A stretch of DNA of 64,000 nt from a virus (IMGVR_UViG_3300021603_000005:79429-143428), one strand, 5' to 3'. Shown: positions 30,705 through 41,042, counted from the first letter of the stretch. Numbers and translations: made by a program. The notes: generated by a model not told the origin, from the letters alone.

Positions 30705-31956
30705 TGTCCACAAGCTCCCAGAATGTTATGCAGTACCTGTCTTCCCTCAAACCTACTGGAATTGGCCCTCTCAATCTCCTAACCCTTAGTGTTAGCATAT
30801 CACTGATCGCAACGTTCATAAGTGCTGTTTTAGCTTTAACGATCAGAGGGGCATCTGTTAAAAAGCTTTTTGTTCTAACTATAGCAGATGGGTCATGTAC
30901 GGCAACACCATGCTTGCGATAATCTTTTGGATTCCATTTTACTAGTGCCTTGATACATCTAGTTACCGTATTGATAATTAAACCAGCGCCCTTGCAATGC
31001 GGGCATTTATGTCCTCTGACAAATGGCGTTGGCCCCCCTGATTTATATATCCCGGTCGATCTGTTGTTAATAGAATCGTATGTGCAATTTGGACACGCAC
31101 CTTTTGTCGGCTCAAATTCCAGATATATATTTTTGCCAAGTTGATTGATAAGTGCATCAATCCTTCCCTGATATATCGTAATCAATTCGTCGCTAATCTG
31201 AATAGCAGCATATGGATCTAAAATAGGACATTCACTACTTGGCAATTCCTCAAACCCAAATGTGACTAGACCGATATTCCCGGAAACCCCTTCCGATCCA
31301 GACAAATAAAGATCTGTACCCGACGAACAAGGATCTCCGCCGTTCAAATCAAAATATTCGTATCGCGTTCTTGACGAAGCTGATAAAGATCCATCTCCGG
31401 CAACAAATTCGAAGTACAGTAGTTCTTCTGGTTTTTCTATTTCGAACTGTCTGAAAAGAACAAACCCAGATCCGTTATGTAGGTAGGCGTTAATTGTATC
31501 ACCGATACGATCAAACTTTACCCTAAATCCATAGTTGTCCCCCGCTTGGTTATTTTGCCAGTCAAAGATTTCGTTTAGGTCAAACGTATAGTGTGTATAC
31601 CCATTGAAATACGAGAATCTTGAAGCCGGTATGCCAAGCCATAGTTTGTGGCTCTTTCCATATTGGCCAGGATCGTCAACCCACTGAGTAGCAGAACCTG
31701 CATGATAACATCCAAGCCATGCCCTAGCCAATTCGCCATTATACGTCGACGGAGTATACCATGACCTATCCCCAGAAACATCAATGATAAATAACGATCC
31801 GGACAAAGCAAAAGTAGATACGTATCTGCCATGAGAATCGTTCGGCGGATACATAATAAGTCTGCCATCGGAGTATGTTGGTCCGCTAGACCAGTTATAT
31901 CCGTTCTGGTAAGACCATATTCCACTTGGCGCATCAAATGGATCAAATAGAACCAT
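30697..31956 (-). CDS. Head-closure protein with CxxC…CxxC, fused to an N-terminal beta-sandwich and SG-repeat linker
   Basis: C-terminal CPNC…CPHCKGAG neck domain; linker SSGTDLYLSGSEGVSGNIGL. Confidence 0.6.
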   Translation of the reverse strand: MVLFDPFDAPSGIWSYQNGYNWSSGPTYSDGRLIMYPPNDSHGRYVSTFALSGSLFIIDVSGDRSWYTPSTYNGELARAWLGCYHAGSATQWVDDPGQYGKSHKLWLGIPASRFSYFNGYTHYTFDLNEIFDWQNNQAGDNYGFRVKFDRIGDTINAYLHNGSGFVLFRQFEIEKPEELLYFEFVAGDGSLSASSRTRYEYFDLNGGDPCSSGTDLYLSGSEGVSGNIGLVTFGFEELPSSECPILDPYAAIQISDELITIYQGRIDALINQLGKNIYLEFEPTKGACPNCTYDSINNRSTGIYKSGGPTPFVRGHKCPHCKGAGLIINTVTRCIKALVKWNPKDYRKHGVAVHDPSAIVRTKSFLTDAPLIVKAKTALMNVAISDMLTLRVRRLRGPIPVGLREDRYCITFWELVDNG

Positions 31957-31961
31957 TGAAG

Positions 31962-32522
31962 TTACCTCGGATAATCAAAAATTCTTGTTCTCGGATTAGC
32001 TATCGCAGCAGCGAATCTGTCGTAAAAATAACCGATAGAGTATTGTCCGTCTTCGCCCGCTGGACGATAAGCACCAATAATCAACCCGCCAACAGATGAT
32101 GCCACATTAGAAACTTGAATTTGCCACTTAAGTTTTTCGTACACATTACATGGACCAAGCTTCAGTATATCTCTATAACCACCAAACCCGACAGACGTAT
32201 CAATTGAACTGTCTCCGTCTCGCACCTTGATGGCTTGGCCTATCGAACTTTGAAACTGGCCAGCATTAATGATACACGCAGCCTTTAGTGGCAATAGCGC
32301 CTGTACAATAACGTCGCCAGATATTACCGGATCTGGACTAATTGTTAGATTCGCGATATCAAAAACATAATTGTATTGTAACTCTACGTCGTTACTAACA
32401 ATAATTCCTGCTGTAATCAGCACCTGCTGCAAATATGAGTCAGCATGTTTCTGTGGCAATAACACATCATTGATCAAAATTCTTGTCATTGTTACTAGGT
32501 CTGTCGTCCATGCCATTGACAT
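31962..32522 (-). CDS. Head-tail adaptor protein
   Basis: MTRILIND helical N-terminus; IKVRDGDSSID beta-hairpin; position. Confidence 0.6.
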   Translation of the reverse strand: MSMAWTTDLVTMTRILINDVLLPQKHADSYLQQVLITAGIIVSNDVELQYNYVFDIANLTISPDPVISGDVIVQALLPLKAACIINAGQFQSSIGQAIKVRDGDSSIDTSVGFGGYRDILKLGPCNVYEKLKWQIQVSNVASSVGGLIIGAYRPAGEDGQYSIGYFYDRFAAAIANPRTRIFDYPR

Positions 32523-32530
32523 ACTCCTGT

Positions 32531-32890
32531 TTATGGTCGTGGATCAAGTACATATGACGAATTATCTGTCAGCGATGGCATAACATTGGTGAGTTGAACA
32601 ACTTTAAGTATAAAGTCGCCCTCGTCCTCGTTGGTGCCACCATCAGACATCCGATAGTGATATTGTTCTCTCGTGTGTGTTATTGGTGGTAAATGTGCTG
32701 TTGAGAATACATAGTTACCAGTATTCCCTATTTCTACACACCCACTAGCTTCTGGTGTTAGAGGAACAACGTCCCCATCCCTCCATATTTCTATAACAAC
32801 ATTTAGTCCGCTCGCCAATGCCCCTATTAACGACGGAGGGGCGCTTGGAAAATAATCATACTCCGGAATTGATGGTCCAATTACTGACAT
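32531..32890 (-). CDS. Small structural protein paralogous to the C-terminal domain of the 2556-aa protein
   Basis: IEIW…SGCVEIGNTG…STAHLP…QYHYRM…EGDF aligns with IEVW…SGCYPIGNTG…STAYLP…QYYYRM…EGQF. Confidence 0.7.
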   Translation of the reverse strand: MSVIGPSIPEYDYFPSAPPSLIGALASGLNVVIEIWRDGDVVPLTPEASGCVEIGNTGNYVFSTAHLPPITHTREQYHYRMSDGGTNEDEGDFILKVVQLTNVMPSLTDNSSYVLDPRP

Positions 32891-32900
32891 TTTAACCTCC

Positions 32901-35900
32901 TCATATATTCAGCGTATACTCACTTGAATTTCTTGGCATTCTATTTCTATTCATGTTTGTGTTCATGAAAAACTGTCCTTCAAAAGTATTGGTATTACTA
33001 GCCGTCATTCGGTAATAATACTGTGGTTTCAGAGACGGCCATGGTTCTGGCAAATATGCAGTCGACCATCCCCATCTTCCTGTATTACCTATGGGGTAAC
33101 ACCCGCTGTTAATTATTTCTACGATATCATTATTACCATCCGTGCAGTACCAAACTTCGATATACACAGATCCGGATGCTGGACAATCCAATTTTCCAAT
33201 GATCTGTGGATTATAATCCATAGTTTTGAATAAATTCTCGATTGTAAAATCGTAGACACCAGATGCGCCAGATGGTGGTAAAACATACCCGCTAACAAAT
33301 AGATCAATGTCGCTAGACGCCGATAGATGTGTACCTTGCATAAACAATGTCATGTAGTCTATATATCCAGACGCACCGTGGCAAAACTGCTGTAAATCAT
33401 CTGATGTTAGATTTATGTTTGTCCACATTATGGTATCGTCTAGCCAAGCGCTCATGTAACTGCCAGATACCTCTATATATGGATCTGCGTCGATGGTTGA
33501 CAGAGGGCATATTCCACTATTTTGTAGGCCGTAGTCTACGTATGGCTTGCCATCAGTAGACATTCTTAACCACCAATTACCATCTGTTATATGTGTAAAT
33601 TCAAATACGATACATCGGCCCTTGCTGCCCTCTAGTGAATCAAACAGGTTGGTAATTTCTGTATTATACCAAGATGCTATTCCTGACGATGTTGAATTTG
33701 TCAGGTATATATACGACGGAGACCCATATTCTTTTGTTGTCGTTAACGTATATCCACGACCAGTACTAATATATAATCCGCTGTCTATCGGCCTAAGAGC
33801 CGTCATATGCCATGTTAGCGTTCCAGCGCCAATTGTACTTGGATATCCACTACTACTACCAATCGCACTAGACGGCCTTAGTCCAGAAACAGAGTCGCTG
33901 TCAACAAATCCGGCAACAACGCCAGACCAGTCAACATCTATAATTTTTTCTCTTAAGTCGTTTAATGGATGCGCATATATTGCATTAAGCGGATATGGTA
34001 TTCCGGAATACGATGTGAACCATGGAATGGATAGGTCTATAGAATTATAACATGTATTTTTACCGTCAATAAATAAGTCACAATTACCACTCGTTATCTC
34101 TGAATGATAAATAAATAATGGACAATATGTTTCTATATGCAATCCAGAACCGTCAAATATATCATGAAACTCATATAACGGCTTCCTTAAATGCATACCA
34201 AGATAATATAATTGTTGAAGCTCATATGGCGTAAATCTATCTATGTTGCCCCACAAGGCAATTTCGTCGGCATTGAGTTCTCCGCTCGGGTGCGCCTGTG
34301 ACAATTTTGCGCCAATAATATTACCTGAGCTATCAAACGTAGATATTGATATCTGACCCATATCTACCCATGGATTGCCATCAATACTCAATAATGACGT
34401 AGCAACTCCACCACTAAACTCCGTTCTCGCAAGAGCAAGGGTCGGGTTGTATTGTAACGCATAGTATGTACCAGACGACCACGAAACTCCACTAGAGTTC
34501 AATATAAAACCGACACCGCTTCCTACGGTTTGAAAACCAACTGAATTGACTGGAATAATACCGCTGAACCATCCAAAATCACAAGTGACTGGCGAATATT
34601 GTACGCCGCTTATCCAGCACAATGACGTAAGATTACATAAATCTCGTGGGTCTTGATAATCTGTATCTACATACGAATAAAACCCTGTGTCTCCACCGGA
34701 AACGGATATTCCCTCGTTGATGAAATATGGAACATGAATAGCCCCCGATAAAGACCATTCTTTTCCTTTCACCCATTCAAGATTATCCGCACTACACTCG
34801 TGATAATATATTAGTCCGCTAAATGCGATTGGACATTTTGGTCCTGTTATATACAATGGCACTTCTGAGTTCTTAGACAAAGATCCAATAAATAGTGGAG
34901 CCCAGGCGTCTACTTCTACTGGATCAAAACCATCTGCTGAATTACACGCAATGGTCAACCCTTGAAGACCAAGCATATATAGCGCGTTTAGTTCGTATGC
35001 ACTAAACCTGTCAATGTTTTTCCAAAGTATCGTCTCATCAACCATGCACGTTCTGTCTGGACCAGGAGCTATGTATGTTGAGACTCCATATCTAGTTGAG
35101 ACATTATTTCTTGTGCCAACATATGGCGTCGAACCAGAAACCCATGGAGATCCATCAATAGACAACAATCCTATTAATTCTGTTGGATTAAATTCAATTC
35201 TACCAGCAACAAATACTTTGGATTTTTGAGTATCAATCAAGTGGGTAGTTATTGGATATTCTGTATTATTGATTTTTGCTACAAGAACAAATCCACTAAG
35301 CCCAGACGATTGAACAACTATCCCGTGATATGGTGGCGAATTTTGACCAACACCAACGTAATCATTAGACACACCAGCACCACGATTACAGTCCCACCAT
35401 GTTACAAATGTATAATCCTGACCATCATATAGTCTGTCTCTTTGTGTAGTGGCGCTTGGCTCATACCAATACAGTGATCCGTTCGCTGTTTGTAATCCAC
35501 CAGATCCGGCTACGCCCGATGTGAACGCGGCCATACTAGGAGTAGATGGAATCCACCCTTCTCCAAGTATGTGCTCGTGGGCGTTGCCGCTACTAGAGGC
35601 ATCAAAATATCTTTCATATGTTTGATAAAATACAGCGCCAGACGAGGAAATAAATGGGCACGCACTCTTTAGAAATACATCCATCGACCCAGTGATAGAT
35701 GCTGGGCTATCACCATATCTATCTAACCCAATGTGTTTAACAGCGCCTAGACTATAAGCCTTTTCAATTTCGAATGTATTTAGATCGATCCCTTTTGGAC
35801 CAGCATATAGATATACCTCGTCGAGCCATATCGATGGGGCGTATTCTCTCTTAGGAGACATGAATATTTGTGCGTTTGAATTACCCGATGGCGGCAGTTC

Positions 35901-38900
35901 TACCCCGCTGGTTTGAATACCATGGTTGATCCATGTAGTGCCGTCTAGTGACGTGCGCAGATTCCATATACCATCGCCAGAGTGTTGTATATCTACAATC
36001 AAAAAGTGTGGTTGACCATTATTGATGGTTGACAATAATCCTGATAATTCAGGAGTATTCCATTCAACGGTATTCGTTCCAAAACGAATCTTATTATCTA
36101 GTAATTGTATTTTGACATCTCGTTCAACCCAGAATGTAGAACCACTGATAGATGGATTTTTACTCCATAACATGAGCATGAATTGTTCTTTGTCTATTGC
36201 GCTTTGGTACTGGTTGCTGTCTTGTGCTATTAAGGCACCAGATAATCCTGCATATATCCAGCCAACATGTAAGCGATTGTTAGGTAAACTAGACACAACC
36301 CCATATGCCGCTCTTTCTTCCCCCACATTAACAATATGTGGTCTAACAGATATTGGCCATGATATTGGTAGATAATTACCAACGCTAATTATCCCGCTTA
36401 CTGGGTCAAAATTAACACATGTGGCTTCAAACCCAACGGCACTGGACGAATAACCAGCGTAGATTGCTCTATTATTTGATAGTGTGGCCACGTCATTGCT
36501 AACGCCAGGGGCCGGTGTTTCCTGTGTTGGGTCTAGAATTGGGGTGATGGTTAGTCCAGACACATCTATTCTTAGTGGCTGAAACCACACTGGATATGTT
36601 TGCGTTATAGTGCCCGGCTGGCATTGACTATTGAGTATGGTATTATTATTGAGTCTACATATTCCGTAATACAATTCAGTATATGCTTCCGTATCTACCT
36701 GTCTTCCAAATAGGCTATTTCCGGAAACGCCAATTACATCTTCGCTTATTGTGCCTAGTTGGGCAATAGCATATCCCTGAGCCTCAGACTGCAATACGGT
36801 ATTGTCACACCACGATAAATATAGTTGTCCATTATTATATATCGGAGACATTCTCCAACATGGTGAATACGTTGATGACGAATATTTGTTATATGCATCA
36901 ATAGTTGTCTGCGTTGGAGAAAATGTAATCGTATCTCCGCTAACATTAGCTATTATTCCAACAAAACCAGATCCTTGCACGCCATAATTTCGAGACCCAA
37001 AAATAGCCAATCTATTATTGTCAAGAGATATCGCATTTAGATTCACCATAGACGAACTCGTAGTCCCTGTGTCAAAAGTATTTCCACTACCACATGATAA
37101 GGATGTTCCACTCACAGTCAATAAACAATAGCTTGCTTGTCCATCTGCATTGTTATAGAACACAGCGAATTTATCTGTGTCGATATTAACGATTTTTTGT
37201 GTCCAACTATAATTATCAGAACGACCACTGCTATACGTGATCGGAGAAGAAAAGCTCATAGAAAGTCCACTGACCGATGCATATGTCGCCTTTAGTTTAC
37301 TAGAGTCGGTGGCGTCATTATAACAAATAATTGCACCAGATATGCCGTGGTTTATCGTTGTGATGAATTTTGGTGCATTTGATGTAAACACTGATAAATT
37401 ACCAGAAATCGGTAGTGAATCTTGTATGGCAATAAATCGACAAACACCAGCGTTGTCACTAAGTCTTCGCCACACAAATAATGCGCCACCGGGATCTAGT
37501 GGCGATACAGTTGGGTAACCGGCCCTGTCGTCAGTACCTCCCATTGGTTCTGCTGACAACAACCCAGACGTGATTACCGAAATTCCATTTTGACCATTCC
37601 TAAACCAATACCATTGATGAGATGCAAGTGTCGCATTGAAAGTCACAAAAGATGTGTCATCTATCTTACACATCAGGTTGTCTGGGATAGTTCCATCATA
37701 ACTTGGCGATCCATAAAACCCATACCCCATGTCTAGATTAGAATATTGTGTTGATTCTGGTGGATTCGCTAAAGTAATTCCGGTACTAGTTAACAATACT
37801 GGTACGTATGCATTTTTATTGACGGTATTAATTTTGTGCGGATATGCCCATATTCCGCTACCACCACCAAGATTTAGTAAATACGAATAATAACAAGTAA
37901 GCGGCATGGAATAATCTCTAACATCTCGTCCATAGGTAAACGAATTATCGTCGTTTAGTCGCACGACGTTCATTCTATTATGTCTTCCGTGACATACAAC
38001 AAAATGGCTGTCGTCTATTTTGGTTATAACTGGAAGAGTTTGACCATAATTCCAACCATTATATGTGCCTGATGCTCTACCTGTAACATACATTCCAGAT
38101 GTTGTATAAAGATAAATATTGGTTTGATTTGTTGAATTTAAGAACGAAGCGACTATGTTTTGTTCATATCCGCCAGAAGCCCTTAAGCAAATTGTATTAA
38201 ATGGATACATTCTTATGCCATCAAAAGTTGTCGGATAAAATCTTGTTCCAGATGTAATACTAAGATCTGGATTCATTTTAACAACAAACGCATAATTGCC
38301 ACCACCAAATGATGACAATGAAAACGCTCTGTCATCACCCAGCGACGATAAGCTAAAGCATGACGCGGCGGTAAGATTTGTGTTTAGCTCGATTCCGCTT
38401 GTGACGATACCACCTGATGCGGCAATGCCCATCCATTTATGCTGACTTCCGCCTCCGGTTAGTGTAATAGCCCTATCTGTGTCTGTCGGCGATATTCGAA
38501 TATATGGCACCGCATACGTAACGCCTATTCTAATTGCTCCGGAGGATGGTATAGAAAAATTTTGAGATAAGTCAAAAGAAAGAGCACCACTAACTTGACC
38601 ATCAACAAATGCTCCTGGACCATACCATTCTTGTTTTTTAATCCATTCCTTTTTATCATCAAGTGGGTGATAAAAGATAGCGCCACTTATTTCGTATGGT
38701 AAATCCTGTGCTTTTACTAAACATGTTAGCTCGCTGGTAATTTGTGTTGGTCCATATACCGTCATTGGTACAACGCCACTGTAGTTAATTTCAATTGCAT
38801 CAGTATACGAACTTAGTTGTAAGCCACTACCAGCTAATCCGTACATCGACACTGTTTGATAGTCGGTAAATCTTGGTGATGTAAACCATATCGTGTTTTC

Positions 38901-40571
38901 ATCAACCCAACTACTGAGAGTAGACGATCTATTCGTGTAGCTCAATGGGGTGTTGTTATTTACGATTGGCGTGTATCCTGTATCCTGTATGCCGTGTGAT
39001 ACGTATCCGCTTCCGTCTATCGATGTTTCAAGATTCCATGTTCCACCACTAATATGAGAAAAATACATAGATAAAAAGTGTTTGTTTCCATCGTTTAGTT
39101 GACCCAACAAATAACTAATTGAAGTGTCGTTCCAATAAGATACCGCAGTTCCAGAACCAAGCGTAATGTGTGTTGGAATAATGCCTACGTCATATCCTCG
39201 ACTTACTTCTGTCCTGGAAGACCCCGCTGACGGGTTCTTGTACCATCCGACGACAGCTATCCCGCTTTGGCCAATAGCCGATTTTGGAGAAGAACTAGTC
39301 GACATAATTTTGGCTTCGCGTACAATATTTCCGACGCATAGTCTTCCAATATTATTGGAATCTATACTTCCAACAACGAATTTGTCTCCGTCACATTTAG
39401 CTATTAGCGTGTCATTGCACTCAAGAGGATAAAACGTATCTGGATGAGACCAATATACTAGATTGCCTATTGAGTTAGTTTGTCCAACAGAAACAGAACC
39501 ATATGTCTTTTGAAAGCCCACGACAACGGTGTCGTTATCTATCCGTATAATAGATGGCTTTGAAAATAAATTGTACGCATATGCTATCTGGGTGTAAGAA
39601 GTATCCCACGATAAAGAGCTACCAGAAATCACACCCCTTCTTGACGCACCATGAGGCCATGTTCCAGCAAATTGTCCACGATACCAAGTAACCAGTATTC
39701 TATGGTCTCCACCAATAGTCGAGCCTATGGTTGATATAGCCACGTTAGATACTGGGCCAGACGAATCAAATGTGGTTGCACTTCCCCACGATACGACATT
39801 ACCAACTATGGTGCCAACCTTGGTTTTTCCACTATTTCCAGTATTGCTATCTGTATATGCAACTATTACCTGGGACGCAGTTGTCGATGTAATAGATATG
39901 TTGGTGGCTATACTGGTAGATAAAAAGTCCGTGACTGCACCAAATGAGATATTCGTTCCATCGAATGTTCCAACACGAGCCTTGCCGTGTTCGCTATCTG
40001 CGTTATCTTTATATACAACAACAAAACCACTGGAATGGATTTTGGTAACATCCATTGCGGCGAAATTACCAAATGAAGAATAAAACTCTGCTGAATTACC
40101 CGGTGTTATACTAGTACCTGAAATAGAACATATTTTTGCTAATCCATGTTCGCTAGCTGACCCATCTTGATAACAAACAATTGCAGTAGATGCAGACAGT
40201 GCCAATACTTTAATCTGGGATGCCGCACCAGCACCTAGAAATGTAGCTGTCGAACCAAAAGAAATTGAATCTCCAGTAATGGTCCCAACGACCGCCTTTC
40301 CATAATTATTATCACTACTATCGGCGTAACAAACTAATATTTTGTTTGTATCCAACTGGCATACCGAGGCAGAAGATATTGTTCCTGATCCAAATGTTGT
40401 CTGGGCACCAAAGTATGTCCTTGCGCCAGCACCAAGAAACGACTGGGCTAAAACGCCAGATCCAAACGCAATAGCACCGCTTAGTGCTATGTTATTTTTG
40501 TGATCGTATGGACCAATTGCCCCGTCAAACCGAGCATATGATACGCAGTCGTTAGCTCTAAGCAATGCCAT
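32901..40571 (-). CDS. 2556-aa giant virion appendage: five LamG-like domains, inserted beta-propellers, C-terminal anchor domain
   Basis: Repeated DExxLW / WxDDxxxW LamG ends; ~50-aa blades (K..V.Y.D…G.A.VGT..G..ISFG); located between the capsid and neck genes. Confidence 0.7.
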   Translation of the reverse strand: MALLRANDCVSYARFDGAIGPYDHKNNIALSGAIAFGSGVLAQSFLGAGARTYFGAQTTFGSGTISSASVCQLDTNKILVCYADSSDNNYGKAVVGTITGDSISFGSTATFLGAGAASQIKVLALSASTAIVCYQDGSASEHGLAKICSISGTSITPGNSAEFYSSFGNFAAMDVTKIHSSGFVVVYKDNADSEHGKARVGTFDGTNISFGAVTDFLSTSIATNISITSTTASQVIVAYTDSNTGNSGKTKVGTIVGNVVSWGSATTFDSSGPVSNVAISTIGSTIGGDHRILVTWYRGQFAGTWPHGASRRGVISGSSLSWDTSYTQIAYAYNLFSKPSIIRIDNDTVVVGFQKTYGSVSVGQTNSIGNLVYWSHPDTFYPLECNDTLIAKCDGDKFVVGSIDSNNIGRLCVGNIVREAKIMSTSSSPKSAIGQSGIAVVGWYKNPSAGSSRTEVSRGYDVGIIPTHITLGSGTAVSYWNDTSISYLLGQLNDGNKHFLSMYFSHISGGTWNLETSIDGSGYVSHGIQDTGYTPIVNNNTPLSYTNRSSTLSSWVDENTIWFTSPRFTDYQTVSMYGLAGSGLQLSSYTDAIEINYSGVVPMTVYGPTQITSELTCLVKAQDLPYEISGAIFYHPLDDKKEWIKKQEWYGPGAFVDGQVSGALSFDLSQNFSIPSSGAIRIGVTYAVPYIRISPTDTDRAITLTGGGSQHKWMGIAASGGIVTSGIELNTNLTAASCFSLSSLGDDRAFSLSSFGGGNYAFVVKMNPDLSITSGTRFYPTTFDGIRMYPFNTICLRASGGYEQNIVASFLNSTNQTNIYLYTTSGMYVTGRASGTYNGWNYGQTLPVITKIDDSHFVVCHGRHNRMNVVRLNDDNSFTYGRDVRDYSMPLTCYYSYLLNLGGGSGIWAYPHKINTVNKNAYVPVLLTSTGITLANPPESTQYSNLDMGYGFYGSPSYDGTIPDNLMCKIDDTSFVTFNATLASHQWYWFRNGQNGISVITSGLLSAEPMGGTDDRAGYPTVSPLDPGGALFVWRRLSDNAGVCRFIAIQDSLPISGNLSVFTSNAPKFITTINHGISGAIICYNDATDSSKLKATYASVSGLSMSFSSPITYSSGRSDNYSWTQKIVNIDTDKFAVFYNNADGQASYCLLTVSGTSLSCGSGNTFDTGTTSSSMVNLNAISLDNNRLAIFGSRNYGVQGSGFVGIIANVSGDTITFSPTQTTIDAYNKYSSSTYSPCWRMSPIYNNGQLYLSWCDNTVLQSEAQGYAIAQLGTISEDVIGVSGNSLFGRQVDTEAYTELYYGICRLNNNTILNSQCQPGTITQTYPVWFQPLRIDVSGLTITPILDPTQETPAPGVSNDVATLSNNRAIYAGYSSSAVGFEATCVNFDPVSGIISVGNYLPISWPISVRPHIVNVGEERAAYGVVSSLPNNRLHVGWIYAGLSGALIAQDSNQYQSAIDKEQFMLMLWSKNPSISGSTFWVERDVKIQLLDNKIRFGTNTVEWNTPELSGLLSTINNGQPHFLIVDIQHSGDGIWNLRTSLDGTTWINHGIQTSGVELPPSGNSNAQIFMSPKREYAPSIWLDEVYLYAGPKGIDLNTFEIEKAYSLGAVKHIGLDRYGDSPASITGSMDVFLKSACPFISSSGAVFYQTYERYFDASSSGNAHEHILGEGWIPSTPSMAAFTSGVAGSGGLQTANGSLYWYEPSATTQRDRLYDGQDYTFVTWWDCNRGAGVSNDYVGVGQNSPPYHGIVVQSSGLSGFVLVAKINNTEYPITTHLIDTQKSKVFVAGRIEFNPTELIGLLSIDGSPWVSGSTPYVGTRNNVSTRYGVSTYIAPGPDRTCMVDETILWKNIDRFSAYELNALYMLGLQGLTIACNSADGFDPVEVDAWAPLFIGSLSKNSEVPLYITGPKCPIAFSGLIYYHECSADNLEWVKGKEWSLSGAIHVPYFINEGISVSGGDTGFYSYVDTDYQDPRDLCNLTSLCWISGVQYSPVTCDFGWFSGIIPVNSVGFQTVGSGVGFILNSSGVSWSSGTYYALQYNPTLALARTEFSGGVATSLLSIDGNPWVDMGQISISTFDSSGNIIGAKLSQAHPSGELNADEIALWGNIDRFTPYELQQLYYLGMHLRKPLYEFHDIFDGSGLHIETYCPLFIYHSEITSGNCDLFIDGKNTCYNSIDLSIPWFTSYSGIPYPLNAIYAHPLNDLREKIIDVDWSGVVAGFVDSDSVSGLRPSSAIGSSSGYPSTIGAGTLTWHMTALRPIDSGLYISTGRGYTLTTTKEYGSPSYIYLTNSTSSGIASWYNTEITNLFDSLEGSKGRCIVFEFTHITDGNWWLRMSTDGKPYVDYGLQNSGICPLSTIDADPYIEVSGSYMSAWLDDTIMWTNINLTSDDLQQFCHGASGYIDYMTLFMQGTHLSASSDIDLFVSGYVLPPSGASGVYDFTIENLFKTMDYNPQIIGKLDCPASGSVYIEVWYCTDGNNDIVEIINSGCYPIGNTGRWGWSTAYLPEPWPSLKPQYYYRMTASNTNTFEGQFFMNTNMNRNRMPRNSSEYTLNI

Positions 40572-40585
40572 TTGCGGCCCCCACT

Positions 40586-40966
40586 TTATTCGGTTAACAT
40601 TGCGGTAAAGGCACTATTGCAAAAAAATGCATTAAACTCTTCGTCTGAATAAGAAATAGCCATAGCGGTTATATTTGATCTAAGAGGAAACCCTATTCTG
40701 TGAAATCTTTTAATAACCGTAGTTGGGTGTATTCCTAGTAATGTGCCAATCTGCGAGCAAGATAATCCCATATTGTATAATGATACTAGTCTTGTATCAG
40801 ATACTTTTTTATTAGCATCCGATCTAGATCTTAATACAACGCCGTTGTGTAATAATATTGATCTGATAGTGCTCTCGCTTCTTCCGTCTATTTCAGCTAT
40901 ATCAGCGCAGCTTAAACCGTTATTATATAACCTGACAATCGCATTATTCAAAAAAGGACTATTCAT
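40586..40966 (-). CDS. Tandem helix-turn-helix DNA-binding protein
   Basis: Two LYNxGLSCxxIxxxxGxxxxT(I/V) HTH repeats. Likely start is ATG 40966, because the GTG at 40981 lies inside the promoter motif. Confidence 0.7.
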   Translation of the reverse strand: MNSPFLNNAIVRLYNNGLSCADIAEIDGRSESTIRSILLHNGVVLRSRSDANKKVSDTRLVSLYNMGLSCSQIGTLLGIHPTTVIKRFHRIGFPLRSNITAMAISYSDEEFNAFFCNSAFTAMLTE

Positions 40967-40973
40967 CACCTTG

Positions 40974-40981
40974 TTATACAC
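40974..40981 (-). promoter_or_regulatory. GTGTATAA late promoter motif
   Basis: Abuts the U-tract of the capsid terminator. Confidence 0.65.
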
Positions 40982-41013
40982 AAAAAAAGACCCACCATAA
41001 TTGATGGGTCTTT
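40982..41013 (-). terminator. Intrinsic terminator after the major capsid gene
   Basis: AAAGACCCA/TGGGTCTTT stem plus T7 on the minus strand. Confidence 0.85.
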
Positions 41014-41042
41014 CTTAACTACCTAGTTAATTTATGATTAGA

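Noticed and set aside
15530-40571. Diversity-generating retroelement acting on the adhesin repeats
   Set aside because: There is no reverse transcriptase in the window and I saw no near-identical nucleotide repeat pair. The repeats are diverged and visible only at protein level.
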